DNA of 64,000 nucleotides from Balamuthia mandrillaris (Eukaryota): NCBI GenBank assembly GCA_031835245.2, contig JAVKOQ020000025.1, positions 62,001 to 126,000 of the forward strand, read 5' to 3'. Shown piece by piece: positions 10,673 to 20,517 of this stretch (position 1 is its first letter; each line of letters starts with the position of its first letter). The notes under the pieces were generated by a model. It saw only the letters and a program-made list of their open reading frames with translations, ran no database searches and was not told where the DNA came from. The position numbers and the translations under genes were made by a program.

Positions 10673-11935
10673 TTAAGGAGGCAGAACGGCAACAACGATG
10701 CCACCTGCTCTTAACTGTTCAGTCCCTCGAAAAGCAAGTCGCCCCAACGAAGGAAACCTACGAAACGGCTCCACACATATGGGTCTTGCCAGCTTTATCT
10801 CCACCCATCCCCATGCACCCGTTTTCATAAATACTTCGTCGTCTTCATTTGACCCTGACGTTTGCAGAAGATGAGAAGTAACGTGTCGCACAAAGAAGCT
10901 CCTTGCATGACAAGAATGGCAATCCAAAGCCGCACTCTCGCCAAACTGAATGTCCCTTCCTCTGACTGCCAACAAACAGACCAACCGTTCCACAGATGTT
11001 GGTTCTTCTTCATCCTCTTCTTCAGGACAGCAACAAAGCATACCTCGTCGAAGCTGTTGGGCAGCAGGATTGCCTTCCGTTGTCTCCAAACAGAAGCCAA
11101 CTGAAGATTCCTCTCCATAGCAAGCATCTTCTCCAGCCAAACTCGGAGAAGATCCTTCAACATCACTGACGCGAGCAGTGAAGCCACCAGGAAAGAACCG
11201 AAGCAGTTGCCCGTTGCGAAAGTAGCCGCTTTCCACTCTTCCCACAAAAACCTTTCTTGAAGGAGTCATTGCAGAGTGGGGATAGCGGGCAAGTTGGATC
11301 GTATCTTGCAAGCATAGGCGAAGCGGACGCGATTTGTTCGATGGAGCAGCTGCTTCCAGCAAAGCTGCTTTCAGTTGTGATAGTGTTTCTTCTTGTCCTT
11401 GTTCTTTTTCTTTTTCTTTTTCTTTTTCTTTTTCTTTTTCTTTTTCTTTTTCTTCTTCTTCTTTTTCTTCTTCGTTAGGAAGAGAAACGACAAGCACTCG
11501 CTCTTTCCAAGCCTTTGCGACATCCTCTCCCAACCATCCCATCGCCTCCTCCTCGAATATTTGTTGTCCCTGGAAGGAAGAGTTTGAAGCAGCGCCAAAC
11601 ACCACCACCCGGGAGGGCCTCTCTGCAAAAGAGAAGGCCAAGAGGAAGAGAGTTTGCAGCTGCGGTGTCGCTTCTCCATGCGGAGGGACCACCACCAGAA
11701 AAACGTCCACCGAACACGCGCCAAGAATGAGGTCGTTCACTTGAGCAAAAGTCCGTTCGTCCTCCGTCAAGCAGAGCTCAAAGAATTTATACGTCCTCGC
11801 TGTGGTCTTGTCATGGCCGTTGCTCAGACGAGCGACAAGAGCCTTGGTGGTCTCTGCCGTGGCTGCCGAGCTCAACACCAGCACTCTGGTGAGCTGCTGT
11901 TCCTCCTCCGCTCTCTGTGCTTCGTCGGCCCACAT
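10673..11935 (-). CDS. Divergent EF-1alpha/translation-GTPase-like protein with degenerate G domain, intronless
   Basis: RPLRLCLQD, VGRVESG, LRRGMLC, LDCHSCH and PICVEPFRRFPSLGRLAFR match EF1A domains II/III. LILGACSVDVFLVVV resembles MITGTSQADxAxLVV. No GxxxxGKS or NKxD. Start at 11935 or 12013. Confidence 0.75.
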   Translation of the reverse strand: MWADEAQRAEEEQQLTRVLVLSSAATAETTKALVARLSNGHDKTTARTYKFFELCLTEDERTFAQVNDLILGACSVDVFLVVVPPHGEATPQLQTLFLLAFSFAERPSRVVVFGAASNSSFQGQQIFEEEAMGWLGEDVAKAWKERVLVVSLPNEEEKEEEEKEKEKEKEKEKEKEKEQGQEETLSQLKAALLEAAAPSNKSRPLRLCLQDTIQLARYPHSAMTPSRKVFVGRVESGYFRNGQLLRFFPGGFTARVSDVEGSSPSLAGEDACYGEESSVGFCLETTEGNPAAQQLRRGMLCCCPEEEDEEEPTSVERLVCLLAVRGRDIQFGESAALDCHSCHARSFFVRHVTSHLLQTSGSNEDDEVFMKTGAWGWVEIKLARPICVEPFRRFPSLGRLAFRGTEQLRAGGIVVAVLPP

Positions 11936-12054
11936 AGTGGTTGCTGCGGCGCCACGTTTCGAACACCACGTCACGCCCAAGGCAAAAAGGTGAATCCTGA
12001 CGTGTTTCAACATAGAGGTTGAGGACCTAAAATAGGCCAAGTTTCCACAGGCGC

Positions 12055-12127
12055 GCCCCATTAGCTTAGTCGGTAGAGCGCCGTGCTTATAACGCGGAGG
12101 TCGTGAGTTCGAGCCTCACATGGGGCA
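12055..12127 (+). tRNA. tRNA-Ile (anticodon UAU), intronless
   Basis: GCCCCAT/ATGGGGC acceptor stem, TAGCTTAGTCGGTAGAGC D arm, CCGTG-CT-TAT-AA-CGCGG anticodon arm, GTGAG-TTCGAGC-CTCAC T arm and a downstream T-run. Confidence 0.95.
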
Positions 12128-12247
12128 AGAATCTTTTTGGCCATCTTTTTTTCATTTCTTTTCTTTTTTGAATAAGTTGTTTTGTCGAATTCGTTAAAGG
12201 CATGCATGCGTTTGAAAGAAAGAGAGAAATAATCTGAGGGAAGCAGC

Positions 12248-14835
12248 TCAAGCAAACAAGACGTAAAGGATGGCAGTGCTCAAGAAGCAGAGCATGACTT
12301 GAAGGGGTAAGCCGAAACGTGTGTAGTCCGTGAAGTGGTAGCCTCCTGGACCCCACACCATCAAGTTTGTCTGATAACCTGTTTTTGTTTTGTTGTTGTT
12401 AATAAAATGGTAAATAAAGCAGGAAAGAACAAGAAAAACAACAAACATAGAAATAGTAGAGAGCAAAAGAAAGCATTACCAATGGGAGTGGAGAAATCAG
12501 CAGAAGCAGCAACCATGATGCAATAGACGAGCGCCTTGATATCAACCCCATCCTGATCCAAACTGAAGACGATCGGCACCAATATGGCCGCCGCCGAGGC
12601 GTTACTAAGCAGGGCGGTCAGAAGTGCCGTTGCCAGGTAGACCCCAACGAGTAGACCATAGTCTCCTGCCCATGACGTCAATGACAGCTTGGTGTGTGGG
12701 TGTTATGTTAGTTGAGAAAGGAGGTAGAGAGAGAGTCTCAGATACCAAGTTGTCGGCTAACTCAGCGGCAACTCCGGTAACCTCCAAGGCATCCGCCATC
12801 GCAAAAGATGCTGTATATGGCACATTAGCCACCCAGAATGAGAGAAGAGAAAAAGAATAGATGCCAAAAAACGAGAAACAAGCAGTGAACAGCAGAAGGA
12901 AAAAATGCAAACCTGCAATTGTAACGATCACCGGAACGTTGATTGAATCTTTTATCTAAGAGAAAGAGTGGCAAACAACAAGAGATAAGAAACAGAAACG
13001 AATAGAAACGAAACCACACAAAAAAACAAACCTGTCGCCAGGTCAGACAACCAATAAAGATACAAGCAAAGGCAGTACAAAGAGAGCCGGTAAGAAGGTC
13101 GATGACATCTGCCGCATTCAGCGCAATCATCGTCATGGCAAATACCGGAGCGGCTATCATTTTCTTCCAATCATGGGACAATGTGGAGTCTCCCACCGGA
13201 GTTACGAGCAGAAAGTCTCCATCGGCACGCCCTTGCTTGTAAACAAAGGATGGCTTGGCCACCATCAAAAACACATCTCCGCCTTTAAAGAGGTTTTAAA
13301 GTGTGGTTGGTTGGTTAGAGAAAGCAGTTTGGAAAGACAGGGAAAAAAAACGTATACGAACCCTTTGGAGTAATACTGCCAATCTTGTCAATGATGGGCT
13401 CACCATCACGGTAGACGGAGAGAATGGCGGCATTGAAGCGTTCACGAAAGTTGGACTTTTTGATGCGTGTTTGCGTCAGAGTAGAGCGAGGACTGATCGT
13501 TGCCTCGATAATGATACGATTTGGCAGAGGTAGAATGATGTCTGATTCCTGTCCCGTAAGTTTCAACCCTTTAACTTTCCACAAGTTCCTTTCATCGATG
13601 TTAAAAAGAAGAAAGCAGAAGGCAGAAGGAAGTTACTTGAGTTTGGTTACATCTCCGGCAAAGAGAAGATAATCTCCAGCAAAAAGATGTGTATCAGGAT
13701 CAGCGGCAGGTATTACGACACCGTTGCGATGAAGTTCGACAAGAAAAAGGCCTTCCAAGTGCCTTAGTCCGGCTTCCTCGATTGTCTTTCCTGTTTTTTT
13801 GCATTTTGTCAGATATTGCTCCCTTTGAGCTAAACTAAACCTGATGAAACGAGAAAGAACGACTGAAGGAACAGGCGACAGAAGAAGAAATAACAAAAAC
13901 GACAGAAAGACAAACCAATAACGGATGAGCCTTCGGTGACCATAGCAGTGATGATGTAGCGCCTTGGCTTGGTGCAAAAGTCAAGAAAGGCTGACTTGCG
14001 GTTTGGCAACAAAAAAGGCGCGGCCACAAACATGTAAAGCAAACCGACCACCATGATGGGAACGCCTATCAGGCCAATCTATTATCATCACCATTTGTCA
14101 TTTCAGAGGTTCAGCAACAACGCAACACAGCGAGAAAGAGAACGAGAGAGAAGAGGAGCGAGGAGGCAAAGAGTGGTCACAAACCTCAAAGAAAGGGAAG
14201 ACCAAAGTCTTGTCATACTTTTCAGCTAGACCCACAACGATGAGGTTTGTGGAGGTACCGATGATAGTGGCTGTTCCTCCGATGATGGATGCATAGCTCA
14301 GCGGAAGCAACAACTTACTCGGTGGCAATCGTGCAGTTTTACACCAATTCTCAACAACTTATGGTTGTTATATAGCAGAACTGAAAATTAGTCTTGCAAG
14401 ACAAAAAGGATGAGGAGATAAAGCTGAAGAACATGAAAAGAACAAGAAACAAGACAGCAGAAGATAAAGGAGGAATACAAAACTTGGTATCATCATGGCA
14501 ACCAGTGGCGTGTTGTTTATAAAGGCGGAAAGGCAAGCCACAGGTACCAACAACCGGACCTGAGCCACCAACATGTTGTCCGGTTGGCGAAGCACATACT
14601 TGGCCAACAATTGTAGAGAGCCAGTGTTAGCAACGGCTGCTGCTACCACGAACAAGACTGCTATCGTTATGACTCCCGTGTTGGAGAAGCCGGCGATGGC
14701 ATCCTTTGGTGTTATAATCTTTGAAAGAATGAAGTAATAAATAGAGAGAAGAAAGGAAGAATGAAGACAGAGGGTGAAGCAGGAAGCAGGAAGAACGAGA
14801 AGAAGAAGAAGAAGAAGAAGAACAAGAACAAGAAC

Positions 14836-14866
<31 letters not shown>

Positions 14867-15785
14867 AGAAGAAGAAGAACAAGAGCAAAACAAGCAACAA
14901 GCAACAAGGACAGCAAGAATACGAAGAACAAGAAGCGAAAGAGGAAGAAGAACAAACCTGAGCGGCCAACACGAGGGTGGTGGAGAGCATCATAGCCAAG
15001 GCCGGGTCGCACACGTTCTTGATCAGCAAGCAGAACGTCAGCAGCGTCACGCAGAGCGAGAACCACGCGTCCCACTCAAAGTGCCTCCAGATGGTGGCCC
15101 CGCAGACCACCAGCACCAACACCAGCACCGCCACAAAACAGATGAAGAAGGCGTTGGCCTTCAGCAGCCGCAGCACTCGCTCTCCCAGCTTCTCCTTCTT
15201 CTTCTTCTTCCTGTGCTTCCTTCGTTTCTTGTTGTTATAAGGCTTGTCGTCGTCGTCGGAGCTGCTGTCGTCGTCCTCTTCTTTGTCGGTTTTGGCAGAG
15301 TAAGAAGAGGAGGAGGACTCGGTAGTTATTTCGCTGTTGCTGCTCTTGTCGGTGTCTTTGTTGTGGTGCTTCTTGCGTTTATGGGGTGCGCCTCCCTTCT
15401 CGTCGCTCGAGAGCTCGGCCAGTTCCGCCCAACCGGGGAGACGGCCTCCTCGTTCTTCGTCGCTCTCTTCCGCCGTCAGGTCGTCCTCCCCTTCGGCCGC
15501 ACCGGCGAGGGAGGCAGCGGAGGAGAGCAGCGAGGAAGGCAGGGACAAGCGGCTGAGATCGGCGTCGTCGTCATAATACGGTTGTTGCTCTTCGTTTGCT
15601 GCTGCTTCTTCTTCTTCGCCCTTGGCTTCCAAGGCATGGCGCGGAGGAGGAGGGAGGAGAGAAACCTGAGAGGAAGGAGAAGAAGAAGAAGAAGGAGAAG
15701 ACGAAGAAGGAGAAGGAGGAGGAAGCTGTTGCTCTTCTTCTGCTGAAGCATTTGACATCGCCCTATCTCCTTCCGGCGATGACAT
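12248..15785 (-). CDS. SLC13/CitMHS-family anion permease with TrkA-C domains (Na+/sulfate cotransporter-like), multi-exon
   Basis: [121 protein letters not shown]. Confidence 0.92.
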
Positions 15786-16003
15786 TGGTGTTCTTGTTCT
15801 TTTTTTTATTTTAATTTTTAGTTTTTTGTATATAAAAGCAAAAGCAAAAGAAAAAGAAAAAGAAGAAAGAAGAACAGGAAACCAAAAACCCTTTTTTTTT
15901 TTGGAAGAAACAAAAAAACAACAAATAAAAAAAATGACTTTCGATTTATTTTATTTTATTTTATTTTATTTTTTTTTTGATGGGGAATTGTTGAGATCAA
16001 ACC

Positions 16004-16107
16004 ACAACAGAAAAGGCCTTTTTATGGTAAGTTTAAGCCTCTGTTTTGATTTTTGATTGGTGGTTTGAAACTTTCAGTCACAGATCAAAGCATTGCGCCG
16101 CTTTAGT
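16004..16107. repeat. Dispersed ~104-bp intergenic element, copy A
   Basis: Aligns without gaps to 31699-31802 with 8 mismatches by eye. Confidence 0.9.
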
Positions 16108-16388
16108 GATTAACATCTGTTTATGAGATCAAACCTTTACACGAAAATAATCCAACCTTTACCCCTTCATTTATCCGAAATTCCCCATAATCCATTTATG
16201 GTACAGATGATGTCAGTTGTTTGCTATTTAAGGCAATGATGACATCACACCATTCCCATTAATGTACATGACGTCACCAATTTGCATTTTTTGAACAACG
16301 TTACGTGGCAGTAACCAAATAAAGTAAGACATTTGGGGAATGTTTGACTGTAATATACAAAGGGAAGGAAAAGCAGGGAAAGCAAGCA

Positions 16389-18094
16389 ATGGCGGACGAA
16401 GAAGAGGTCATCGGCGTGGACGTCCGGGTCCTCCAACAGAACCAGGTCATCGGCAAGGACGCCCACTACAAACAGGCCAAGGTCGCCAAGGACCAGAAAA
16501 AACAGAAAAAGAAGGAAAAACTCAAAAAGAAGAAACAAAAAAAGCAAAAGCAGCGCAAGGCCGACGCCGATGAGGAGGGTCCCATTCAATACGGCCCTCT
16601 TCCCGCCGAGGAGCTGGCAGAGCTCGAGCGCACCATCGCCAAGATGCAGGAGCACCTCTCCATGGGGGAGGAGGGCTGGCGCCGGGTGCGCTCCGACCAG
16701 GGCGTGGTCGTCAGCATCAACTCCTACGACAAGGAGGCCGTCAAAAGCGTCAAGGCGTCGGGGCTCTTCCCCTCCTCCCCGGCGGTGCTGCTGCGCACCA
16801 TGTCCGCCCTGGACTACTACCCCAAGATAGACCCGCTCTATGCGGGGGGGAGGGTGGTGGCGCAGTACGCCGACCACCATGAGATCCTCTACTCGATCTA
16901 CGCCATGGGCATGCTCTTCTCTCCGCGTGACTTTGTCTTTTTGGAGGTTGCTCTTCTCTTCACTTCTCACTCCTTCATCCTTCTCTCTCTCTCTCTCTCT
17001 CTCTTTGTGCTCTGCTCTGCTCTACTCTCTGTGCTCTTCTCTTCATCGTTCTCTTCATCGTTCTCTTCTCTTCATCGTTCTCTTCTCTTCTCTTCTCTTC
17101 ATCGTTCTCTTCTCTTCTCTTCTCTTCATCGTTCTCTTCTCTTCTCTTCATCGTTCTCTTCATCGTTCTCTTCTCTTCTCTTCTCCTCTTCTCTTCTCTT
17201 CTCTTCTCTTCTCTTCTCTTCTCTTCTCTTCTCTTCTCTTCTCTTCTCTTCTCTTCTCTTCTCTTCATCGTTCTCTTCTCTTCTCTTCATCGTTCTCTTC
17301 TCTTCTCTTCATCGTTTCTTCTCTTCTCTTCTCTTCTCTTCTCTTCTCTTCTCTTCTCTTCTCTTCTCTCTTCTTCTCTTCTCTTCTCTTCTCTTCTCTT
17401 CTCTTCATCGTTCTCTTCTCTTCTCTTCTCTTCTCTTCTCTTCTCTTCTCTTCTCTTCTCTTCTCTTCTCTTCTCTTCTCTTCTCTTCTCTTCTCTTCTC
17501 TTCTCTTCTCTTCTCTTCTCTTCTCTCTCCCTCTCTTCTTCTCTGCTCTTCCTCTTGCTCCCTTTCTTCTGCTTTCTCACCTCACCTACTCTTAAAACAA
17601 AGGGTCGTCGTGCCTATCCAGACGGGAGTCGCATCCTCGTCACCCGCTCCATCGAACGGGAGGACGTCCCTCCAGTCTCTGGCCACATCCGCGGGCACAT
17701 CCACCACTCGGGCTGGTTCGTGGAGCCCTGCACAAAGAAGCCCCCCACCAAAGAGGAGATCAAAGAGGCTAAGCTCACGTCTCTTCTTTCCGAGGAGGAA
17801 GAAGCGGGAGCAGCGGAGATAGATGGCACTAACTGGTGTCGAGCAACGTTCCTGGCACAAGTGGACGTGAAGGGATGGATCCCTGCGTTTGTGGTGAATG
17901 CGGTGAGCGGCAAGGTGGGAGATGGCTTGCTTCGATTGAGGGGCTTCTTGAAGGATAACGCTAAGGAGATACAACGCAAGCATGCTCGAGAAATTGCTGC
18001 TCTTGAGGGTAAACAAGGAGAAGAAGAGAGCGATGAAGATGAAGATGAGGATGAAGAAGATGAAGACGAAGAAGAAGAAGAAGCAGATAACTAA
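16389..18094 (+). CDS. START (lipid-binding) domain protein, 2 exons
   Basis: GWRRVRSDQGVVVS, FSPRDFVFLE|GRR, TRSIEREDVPPVSGHIRG, SGWFVEP and AQVDVKGWIPAFVVN. One intron is filled with (TCTCT)n. Confidence 0.9.
16981..17545 (+). repeat. Intronic (TCTCT)n / TTCATCGTTCTC microsatellite
   Basis: Directly visible tandem repeat inside the START gene intron. Confidence 0.95.
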
Positions 18095-18132
18095 AAAACT
18101 TTATTATTTGTAGTTTTAACAAAACTAAGCAG

Positions 18133-20260
18133 TTACATCCAAAACGCTTTAGAAAAGGTGGACAACGTCGAGCCTTCCGTCACTTCATCTCCATCCCCAT
18201 CTCCTTCACTCAACCCATCTTCAAAACTTTCGTCGTCGTCGCTGTCTTCTTCCTCTTCTGCTGCTTTATCTTCTACACTCGCATAGTCTATAGGTTGACA
18301 TTGGTGACTCGCCGCTTCTTCTCCCATTACCTCTGCTGCACTTATGGGATTGCAGCGAACCTCACATCGATTGGGAACAAAGACGACATAGTCGGCGGAG
18401 ACGGAGGGCAGAGGTCGTTCAAAGTCGGTGCTCACGATTTGAGCGCCGCTCGCCCATGCTGCCGCTTGTCTGTTGTTGGTGTCGCCGTTGCGTCCTTCTA
18501 TCAAGTCTGCAAATAGAAAGATTCAACAACAATGAGAAGAAGAAGAAGAAGAAGAAGAACAAGGAGAACAAGAAAAACAAGAAGGAGAACAACAAGAAGT
18601 ACAGACCAGCATCAGCTCTAGTTCTCACGATAAACCCATTCGCAACAAGGCTTTCTATCTCCTCAAATTGCTCCAAAGGTTCATTCCTCACGAAGACCGA
18701 TGCAAAGTCATCGCTTGCTCCCTCTGTCTCAAAGAAGATCAACTTCTCAAACTCGGCTTCTCTGTATTCGCGGTTGATGGCTGTGTTCACTCTGTTGTCG
18801 AGAAAGAAGAGGAACTTTCCTTTGGAGGCTGCCAAAGTCGGCCATCCGTTCTCTTGGAGAGCAGCCTTTAGAGTGGAAGCGGAGGCCTCCGACATCAATG
18901 ATGATGGACTTATTATTCTGTCCTTTAGATAAGAAGACGAGCATATAAGCATAAAAGAACAAAGTAAGAACGAAAAGAAAGCAAGTAAGACTTCTGAAGC
19001 AAGACAAGATAGAAGAAATGAAAGTATGTACTTTAGGGATGACGGAGAGAATGTCATCATGCAACGTCTCCAAAGCTGTGCTGTTCCAAGGAAGGGGCTG
19101 GGTGGTTGGAATAGGAAGGTTAAATGGGACTGGGGTGTCTTTGGCTTCCAGCTGGATGAAGAGAGGGAGATGTTCTTGCTGGACAGAGTCCGACCACTCC
19201 ATCAATTCCTGCAAACATAACGGCAATGTCAAACAATTGGACCTGTTGTGACGATGTTAGCTAAGCAGCATGAAAGCAGAAGAAGAAGATGCAAGGAAGA
19301 GGAAGAGGATGAGGAAGAGGAAGAGGAAGAGGAAGAGGAAGAGGAAGAGGAAGAGGAAGAGGAAGAGGAAGAGGAAGAGGAAGAGGAAGAGGAAGAGGAA
19401 GAGGAAGAGGAAGAGGAAGAGGAAGAGAGAAGAAGATGCGAGGAAGAAGAGGAAGAGGAAGAGAGAATACATGTAATCGATGTCTTGTATATGAAGAACT
19501 TTTGTAGCAGTAGTGGAAGACATGAAGCCTTCTGGATCGTACTCGCACTCGTCGCATGAAGCTAGTTTGCCATCAGGAGTTCAGCACAAGGAGATAGGAA
19601 AGCAGAAACAATAAAAAAAAGAGATGAGGACAGAGAAAGAGAAACGATGAAAGAGAAGTGCACAAACTTTTGATGACTTCAAAGCCAGAGGGAGTGGCAT
19701 AGCGATGGTCCGGGTCGTAGAACACGTCCAACTCGAAGCCACGCACCCTCAAACTCTCCGCCTGCACCGACAGATGAAAATGGCTGTACTCTATGAACGC
19801 CGCCTGTTCCGGTTCCACGCTTTGCACCACTAAAACCCATAACGCCCATTTTAGTTTTAAAAAAAACGCATTAAAAAAAGAGAGAGAGGCGAAGGAAGCA
19901 AACGGTACCGGCAAACCAGTCCAGATGGGGTAGTTGTCTATAACTAGTCGTTTAATAAATGATATATAATAAAATTAAAATAATAAGAAAAAAACAATTG
20001 GTGAGTGGGTATGTCGGTTTTGTTAAACCAACTTTAGTTGCTTTCAAAAAAAAAAAAACGAAAAGAAAAGCAAAAAACCTGTTATGGCTCGCCAACACTT
20101 GTATCTGGTTCAGCCGAAGCTCCTCGTTGCTCACCAACGATCCATCACAGATGTCAAAGTCAGGGAATGCAGCCGTCGCCGCCGGCGCTCCCAGCCAAAC
20201 CGCCCAACAGACCACCACCAGAAAGCAAAGCGACGGACGTTGAAGTTTTTTCATTTTCAT
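18133..20260 (-). CDS. Secreted Ca2+-dependent phosphoinositide-specific phospholipase C (bacterial-type PI-PLC family), multi-exon
   Basis: Signal peptide; LRLNQIQVLASHN, EYSH, VRGFELDVFYDP, KVLHIQDID, HLPLFIQLEAKD, GWPTLAASKGKFLF, GFIVRTRADA and ASGAQIVSTDF. Confidence 0.85.
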
Positions 20261-20517
20261 TTTATTTTATTTTTTGCGGTGTTTTATTTTAAATGTTTTA
20301 AAATAAAATTTTTTGTTTATAGTGTTTTCTGTTGAAATGTAAACAGAAAAATTATTGACCAATCGGGATAATTTATTTATTTCGCCTAAATACGATGATT
20401 AAATTAACCGAGCTGATCAACGACCCGATTGGTTGGGACGGCTATAGAGATGGACCAATGAAATTCAAACGTGCAAATTTCACGAGCAGGCGGCAGAGAA
20501 ATGGAATCTATTACGCG

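Noticed and set aside
7700..12000. Endogenous giant-virus insertion (run of mostly intronless genes)
   Set aside because: No viral hallmark genes (capsid, packaging ATPase, polymerase) are visible.
16948..17600. Long SSLLF/EKRRE-repeat ORFs; also poly-LC/VS/ET at 63.2-63.7 kb and poly-E/R elsewhere
   Set aside because: These are translations of intronic microsatellites, not proteins.
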